DNA of 64,000 nt from the human T2T-CHM13v2.0 reference genome, Homo sapiens. The stretch lies in assembly GCF_009914755.1 (NCBI RefSeq), contig NC_060926.1; one strand, given 5' to 3'. The translations under genes and the position numbers were made by a program. This document shows, piece by piece, positions 55,788 to 64,000 of this stretch. Below the pieces are notes generated by a model. That model searched no databases and was not told where the DNA came from. It saw only the letters and a program-made list of their open reading frames with translations. Position 1 is the first letter of the stretch. Every line of letters begins with the position of its first letter.

Positions 55788-56119
55788 CAATAATACAATT
55801 TTTAACATAAAAATTAGAAGCCAAGTTAAGACCACAAGCATCCTAGGAACCTGTGTAGGAAAGCATATGTGGATGAGAGACTCAGGTTCCTTGTTCCAAA
55901 GGCAAAAAATATTGAATATTAAACATGAGATTCCCTGCTCTCCTCAGCCTGGTATGGTCTATGAACAAATGCTAAATACTTTGTATCTGAAATTTTAAAA
56001 GTCATATTTTTAAATGACGGTATTTTTTACGTGTCATAATTAGGGTATTCTAACTATAAACATATGTCTGTCCTTATTGTAGTGATTTCAGATATTATCT
56101 AAAATAACACATAGTTTAC

Positions 56120-56300
56120 ATTCTTACTTTATGCCAAACAGTAAGCTTAGCACATTACAAATATCATCTTATCCTTAAAATTACCCTACAAAATAGGTAG
56201 CACTGTTATCCCCCTTTTCAAGAGCACAGAGAGATTAACTAACTTATTAAAGTTCGCACAGTTAGTAAGTGATAGAGATGAGATTTGAACCCAGAATCTG
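56120..56300 (-). mobile_element. MIR relic
   Basis: ACCCTACAAAATAGGTAGCACTGTTATCCCC...AGTTAGTAAGTGATAGAGATGAGATTTGAACCCAG. Confidence 0.7.
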
Positions 56301-56694
56301 TAGGCTAAACACAAACTAGTACCAGACTACACATTTTAAATTCTTATTTTACAGTGTCCCTTGTAATTAGTATCTATGACCCATAGTAGCTCCCAGAATT
56401 GTTTTGAGTTTGCTTTATTTCAATAGTTAAAACATTGCTTGAAGAAGTTCCTCCACAAATATTCATCTAGCACTTTCTCCTGAAAATGCGGCATAGATGT
56501 TAATGATAAAACATGTTCTCATGAAGACAATAACAAGTATTATTCATGACAGTTTTTCTCTTATGGAATTAATGATGAGACACAACTACAGATAAAATGG
56601 TATGCTCCCCTTCAGTCCTCTAATTCCGGAGTGCCGTTGAAGAAGAGCAGGTCACTTTAAGCTGCAGTGATGTGTGTGTGTATGGAGAGGAAAG

Positions 56695-56910
56695 AATGCA
56701 GAGTGGTTTGGAGACCTGGCTCAGGAGTCAGAGTTATCTGGCATAGCACTCAGGCATTTCAATATATTTGTGTGTCCTTTTGGACTTAACTTCCCATTTT
56801 CCTCATCTATAAACTGGGGAAATAATGAGCCATATCTGCTAGAGTTTCAGTAAAGATTTAACAACACAATGTACGTAAAGCACCAAGGATATGCCAGGTG
56901 TGTAATACAC
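56695..56910 (+). mobile_element. MIR relic
   Basis: TTTTCCTCATCTATAAACTGGGGAAATAAT...GTAAAGATTTAA...ATGTACGTAAAGCAC. Confidence 0.65.
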
Positions 56911-57664
56911 ACTTGATCTACATGGACTCATTCATTGTCAATGTTACTCCAATGCAGCTCTGGACCCAGAGCCACACATTCCCACCCACACAGCACACGC
57001 AGTGCTGGAGAGGAAGTGGGCCTAGGAGGGCCTGCAGGTACAGGCAGCTGTAGAGCTGCTAGAAGCTGGGGTGATGCTCGCCCCACTTTCCTGTAGACAC
57101 CACAGGTACTGTCTGCCTGTTGTCACACAGTTCATATGCTTGCTTGTGATGGAACCTTGGTCCCAGGATCTGTGCTGTTTTCCACTTTGTTACACTGTCT
57201 AAGGTGGCTTTTAACTGGAACCCAAGTGCAAATAAAGGTTGGTATTCGGCTCCTGACTTTGTGTAGAGAAAACAGTCCTTTTGGTCACTCCCAGACCACA
57301 GCAATCAGTCATGATTTTGTTGAATAATCAAAGCTGAACCCATACATGGTAGGGTCAGTTAAGGATGTTTGCTTTGGGCAACAGCCTACTTTTTGTCTCA
57401 TATTAAATTAATACCTGAGTTAAACAAAAACAGAAACACCTCACATACACTATTCAGAATCTGCTAAATTGTCTTTTAAAAACTGCTTGCCCAACTTATT
57501 AGCAACAACGATAAAAGACGAAATTTTCATGATTTCCTAGTATCCTGGATTCATAAAGCATCAAGAAGGCATATGGTATTATATGAGCATGAAATAATAA
57601 CATGGACTGCTCTGCTTACCAAATTCAGTCAAGTCCAAAGGCAGCACATGCAGAGGGAGCATGA

Positions 57665-58025
<361 letters not shown>

Positions 58026-58111
58026 TAAAATGTCGTAGAATGATGAACTAATGGAAGAATGGAAAGAAAACTTACAATACAAATGAAAATATTTTACAAA
58101 ATACTTCCTTA

Positions 58112-60640
58112 TAAGGAAGCCCATCAGACTAACAGTGGACCTCTCAGCAGAAACCCTAAAAGCCAGAAGAGATTCAGGACCAACATTCAACATTCTTAAA
58201 GAAGAGAAATTCCAACCAAGTATTTCATATCCAGGGAAACTAAGCTTCATAAGCAAAGGAGAAATAAGATCTTTTTCAGACAAGCAAATGTTGAAGTAAT
58301 TTGTAACCATCAGACCTGCCTTACAAGAGCTCCTGAAGGAGGCACTAAATGTGGAAAAGAAAGACCATTACCAGTCACAGAAACACACTGAAGTACACAG
58401 ATCAGTGACACTATAAAGCAACCACACAAACAAGTCTGCATGATAACCAGCTAACATCACGATGACAGGATCAAATCCACACATTTCAATACTAAATCTT
58501 GAACGTAAATGGGCTAAATGCCCCAATTAAAGGCACAGAGTGGCAAGCTGGATAACGAGACCCAACTACATGCAATGACAACAATAGGCTAAAATAAAAA
58601 GATAGAGAAAAATCTGCCAAGCAAATGGAAAACAGAAAAAAATAGGGGTTGCAATTCTAATTTCAGAAAAAATAGACTATAAACCAAAAAAGATCAAAAA
58701 AGACAAAAAGGGGCATTACATAATGGTAAAGTGTTCAATTCAACAAGAAGACCTAACTATCCTAAATATATATGTGTGCAACACAGGAGCACTTAGATTC
58801 ATAAAGCAAGTGCTTAGAGACATTCAAAGATATTTAGACTCCCACACAATAATAGCGGGAAACTTCAATACCCCACTGACATTATCAGACAAATCATTGA
58901 GACAAAAAACTTAACAAAGGTCTTCAGGACCTAAATTCAGCACTAGATTAAATGGATCTGATAGAAATCTACAGAAGTCTCCACCAAAAACAATAGAATA
59001 TACTTTCTTCTTTTTTTAAGAAAAATAAAATTATTTTTTATTTTTTAAACTTTTTGTGGGTACATAGGTGTATATACTTACAGGGTACAGAATATACATC
59101 CACCTCATTGCCACATGGTACATACTCTAAAATCAACCACATAATTGCACATAAATACTCCTCAGCAAACGCAAAGGAACTGAAACCATAACAAACACTC
59201 TCTCAGATCACAGTGCAATAAAAATGAAATTCAGGACCAAGAAAGTATTGACATTCTTCACAGAACTAAAGAAAACTATTTTAAAATTCATATGGAACCA
59301 AAAAAGAGCCTGAATAGCCAAAGCAATTCTAAGCAAAAAGAACAAGGCTGGAGGCACCATGTTACTCAACTTCAAGCTATACTACAGGGCTATGGTATCC
59401 AACACAGCATGGTACTGGTACAAAAACAGACACATAAACCAATGGAATAGAAGAAAGAACCCAGAAATAAGGCTGCATACCTTCAACTATCTGATCTTTG
59501 ACAAACCTGACAAAAAACAAGCAATGGGGAAAAGATTTCCTATTTAATAAATGGGGCTGTAATAACAACTGCCTAGCCATATGGAGAAGATTGAAACTGG
59601 ACCCCTTCCTTACACCATATACAAAAATCAACTCCAGATAACTTAAAGATTGCATTGTAAAACCCAAAACTATAAAAACCATGGAAGACAACGTAGACAA
59701 TACCATTCAGGACATAGGCATGGACAAAGATTTCATGATGAAGATACCAAAAGGAATTGCAAGAAAAACAAAAATTGACAAGTGGGGTCTAATTAAATCA
59801 AAGAGCTTCTTCACTGCAAAAGAAACTATCCACAGAGTGAAAAGATAACTTACAGAAAGGGAGAAAATTTTTGCAAACTATGCATTCAACAAAGATCTAA
59901 TATCTAGCATCTATATGGAACTTAAACAAATAGACAAGAAAAAAACAGAACCCCATTAAAAAGTGGGCAAAGGACATGAACAGACACTTTTCAAAAGAAG
60001 TCGTACACGCAACCAGCAAGCATATGAAAAAAAGCTCAACATCACTGATCATTAGAGAAATGCAAATCAAAACCACAAAAAGATACCATTTCACACCAGT
60101 CAGAATGCTGGTGAGGTTGTGATGAAAAAAGGAACACTTATACATTGTTGTTCCTTATAAGTGTATAAGGAACACTTATACATGGTGGGAGCATAAATTA
60201 GTTCAACCACTATGGAAAGCAGTCTAGCAATTCCTCAAGGAGCTAAAAACAAAAGTACCATTCAACCCAGCAATCACCTTCCTGGGTATATACCCACAGG
60301 AATATAAATAACTCTATTATAAAGACACATGCACACGTATGTTCATTGCAACAGTATTTCCAATAGCAAAAACACAGAATCAACCTAAATGCCCATCAAT
60401 GGTAGACTGGATAAATAAAATGTGGTACATATATACCTTGGAATACCATGCAGCCATAAAATGGACAAGATCATATCCTTTGCAGGAACATGGATGGAGC
60501 TGGAGGCCATTATCCTTAGCAAACTAACAAGGAACAGAAAACCAAATACCACTTGTTAGCACTTATACAGGGGAGCTAAATGATGAGAATGCATGGATAC
60601 ACGGAAACACACACTAGGGCCTACCTTAGGGTGAAAGGTG
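58112..60640 (+). mobile_element. 5'-truncated old L1PA (PA13-16-like) with an internal ORF2 deletion and no tail
   Basis: ORF1 3' part (CCCATCAGACTAACAGTGGACCTCTCAGCAGAAACCC), endonuclease remnant 58723-58914 (IQQEDLTILNIY), a jump at about 59245 to the ORF2 C-terminus, and a 3'UTR cut at GGGTGAAAGGTGG. Confidence 0.9.
59011..59088 (-). mobile_element. Tiny L1MA2/3-type tail fragment inserted antisense in the L1PA
   Basis: T-rich tail plus TTTTGTGGGTACATAGGTGTATATACTTACAGGGTAC, which matches the reverse complement of about 34912-34950. Flanked by AGAATATA repeats. Confidence 0.8.
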
Positions 60641-61085
60641 GCTGAAAACAATGCAAATTTATTCTCTTACAGCTCTGTAGGTTGGAAGTCCATAATCAGT
60701 TTCACCAGGCTATAAAATCAAGGAACAGGGAGGCCTGTATTTCTTCTGGAGATTCTAAGAGAGTCTGTTTCCTTATCATTTCCAGCTTCTAGAGGTGCCT
60801 ACATTCCTCAATGCATGGTCCCTTCCTCCATCTTCAAGGTGCACTGCTCAGCTCTGATCTGTTCTTATGTCTTCTGTCTCCTGCTCTGATCCTTCTGCCT
60901 CCCACTTACAAAGACCCCTGTGACTACAATGGGCCGATCTGGGTAATCCAGGATAATCTCATCTCAAGATCCTTAATTTAATTACATCTGCAAAGTCCCT
61001 TTTAACATGTAAAGCAACATTCACAGATTCTGGGGATAGAATGTATTAGCATCTTTGAGGGTAAGATATTATTCAACCTACCACA
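60637..61085 (-). mobile_element. MLT1 (MLT1B/C-like) MaLR LTR
   Basis: AAATTTATTCTCTTACAGCTCTG...GTAATCCAGGATAATCTC...ATTACATCTGCAAAGTCCC...ATTCAACCTACCACA. Confidence 0.87.
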
Positions 61086-61479
61086 GGTAGATACCATTTA
61101 TTACATTCTTTTTGCACATGAGAAAAAAATATAGTAATTATTAATACCACTATATACAATGAGAAACAAGAATTCAGAGGCTAAACAACACAAACTCACA
61201 AAACTGAAAAGTAGGCACCAACATATAAACATAGTGTTTCTAACCCTAAGTCTGTTTCCACTACACAATTCTGCTCCCGAAGTAGAAAAAAAAAATAAAG
61301 GAAGGACTCCCTGCTTAAGGGTAGATTTTGTTATTTTCTTGGATTAAAAATAATTACTATATATTTATTGAATGGCTAACTACATGTAAGATCCAATTTT
61401 AGATTCCGGGAATAAATGAGAATCAGATACAGTCAGTCTCAAGGTAATCCTTCATCTTTCCATATATTTAAATACCTAT

Positions 61480-62352
61480 AATTCCTAAATGTATATATAC
61501 AGTACTGACCAAATTTAACTACCTCATTAACATTCCCAGTTTCATGTTCTATAAACTTTTCCAATGTGCCAAGTCTGAAACTGAACTCTTGATTTTTTCC
61601 TACAAATGTTCATCCCCCATCCTTCACCACCTCAGGAAATGATCTCACCGTACTCCCCTCCCTCACCACTCATAGCTAATCAATAATTGAATACCTTAAA
61701 TTTTGCCCCCCAAATATATCTTAATTCCATCTACTTCTCCTTATTGGCATTGCCTCCAGACTCCTAATTAGTATCTTCATTTTCATTCTTATATCGCCTC
61801 AATCTAACCTCCGTACATAGACTGCATGATCTATTTAGAATATAAATGAGATTATGTCAATTGCATGTTAAAATACTTCAGTAACTACCTACAGCACTTA
61901 AAATAAAATTCAAATTTTTCTTGCTATACTGGGTAACCATATAATATGTTCTGTTTAGGACTTTTCTGTGCCTGTTGTCCTGGCATAACTAGTAATACAG
62001 TCTCCTTTCATGCCTAAAATTATTCCACTTGGATGATAAGTCTCTTGATCACCACATCTGTAGAGCCCTGTGTGATCTTTCTTTTGCCTAAATATTATTC
62101 TCATAGCTGAAGACTTCTCCCTCAGGACTCAGTGTCTTCTCTTAAGTCTCCCTAGTAGTTGGCTTTCTTTAAAATCTGAACCACTGTATTCAATCCTATA
62201 GTTAATTCTTTCATTTGTTGAATGTCTGTTCAATCCATTAGGGTGCACAGAGAGAACCAGGCTCGTATCTGCATTGTTTACTCATACATACCTCAGTCAA
62301 CATCGTATCTGAAACAAGATAAAAGCCCACCAATATCTGCTGAAGATTAATG
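61480..62352 (+). mobile_element. L2 relic
   Basis: CTGAAACTGAACTCTTGATTTT...CACTTAAAATAAAATTCAAA...CAATATCTGCTGAAGATTAATGA. Boundaries are approximate. Confidence 0.6.
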
Positions 62353-62773
62353 ACTAAATAAGCTTACCATATAGACAGAGAGATAGTAAAAGTATAGTAT
62401 GACATTTACGTAATATGAATGTGTTCAAGATATCAACTACCAAAATTAATACAAAAAAGAAAATAATTATTTCTGCCTCCAGAGAAGGGTTGACTAGGAA
62501 AGACTCCATAAATGGAGGATGCCCAAACAGGCTTGATGGATGAATAAGATCATGCAGCATGAACCAAGAAGCCAAGAGAAGACTTCTAAGCTTAGGGGAT
62601 GGCATTTGCAAAGGCAAAAAGGTATAAAACTAATTATTCAGGAAACTCAAAGTAGTTTCTCTTATTAGAGTGTACAATGTCATATAAATGATATATTAAT
62701 AACACAAACCTTAAGGACAAAACCTAAATTGTAGAGACACAGCAGAAAATACAGACAGCACTAACAAATTTGA

Positions 62774-63100
<327 letters not shown>

Positions 63101-64000
63101 TAGCTTTGTTTTCATTTATAGTCCTAGAATGATTTGATAAGTTCTATTGCATATTTAACTCACCTTATAAATTATAGAAGTTCTTAGATAAATCCATTTC
63201 GGAAGTGCTATATTTCAAACTTCATTGCCATAAAGAATCCTCACAGTTGCAGTTATTACATAACAGTTACAAAATTATAATACACAGTCCATAAGGAAAC
63301 TCTACTGCGAGTTATGGTGTATAGAACTAAGCTGAGCTTTTCTGTCAAGTAAAATTTTTGGTTTAAATTTTAATAATTATGTCAAATTTCTTTTTTCTAT
63401 AATGTGCTTTTATTCATTATTACATTATTTAAAAAAGGCCAAAACCACTATGTTATTATTTTGGCATTTATATTGTACAAACGTATAGATAAAAATATCT
63501 ATGGAATCTTAAAAGACTTCGGGTCATATTTTGATGTAACTAAGAGTTGACATAATTAAAACTCATCATTGACCTATTTCTCTAGAAATAGAAAATTATC
63601 AAGATAGATATCTGGTATAGATAATCATAGATATTTGTTTTGAACATTTAGAATGTATACTAGAAGTTGCACACTAGCAGACTGCATGATAAGAATGCTT
63701 TGTTTAGACTCCAGTGTTTCAAAAATTGACTTAAGATTTAAATTTGGGAAATCACAAAAAATCCAGAATTCTGGCCACTCTTAAAAAAATTAAAAGATCA
63801 GCTAACTCTAGTAATATTCCCCAATTCACAGTCCCCTAGAAACTAGTAAATGCTCTCTGTAACCACAGACCCACCTCCCCTATCACCCCAGAACACTGCC
63901 CTTATATATGTGACATGCCTAAGCCTTTGTGTAAGACTAAAACTCTCAACCATTAAAAACCAATTGAAGATCATCAAAAAGACTAAGAATATATTTAGAC

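Overview
AT-rich, repeat-dense human genomic DNA, intronic or intergenic. A human-specific AluYb8/Yb9 at 15763 identifies the species. I can support no protein-coding exon: the longer ORFs in the track fall in Alu, L1, Tigger1 or LTR12 sequence, and the rest are short with no recognisable domain. The main elements are a full-length L1PB4-like LINE with nested L1PA and AluY insertions (5.4-13 kb), a near-complete Tigger1 (23.2-25.5 kb), a full-length L1MA2/3-like LINE carrying an antisense solo LTR12C in its 5'UTR (25.6-35 kb), a tailless 5S rRNA retropseudogene (38.2 kb), an ancient CR1/L3, and a deleted L1PA fused to an MLT1 LTR (58-61 kb). About a dozen Alus and several MITE, MIR and L2 relics are also present. 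I found no evidence of a new biological system. The most interesting signals are retrotransposition and repair scars plus one potentially active LTR12C promoter. Subfamily names are from recalled consensus sequences and need RepeatMasker/Dfam confirmation.
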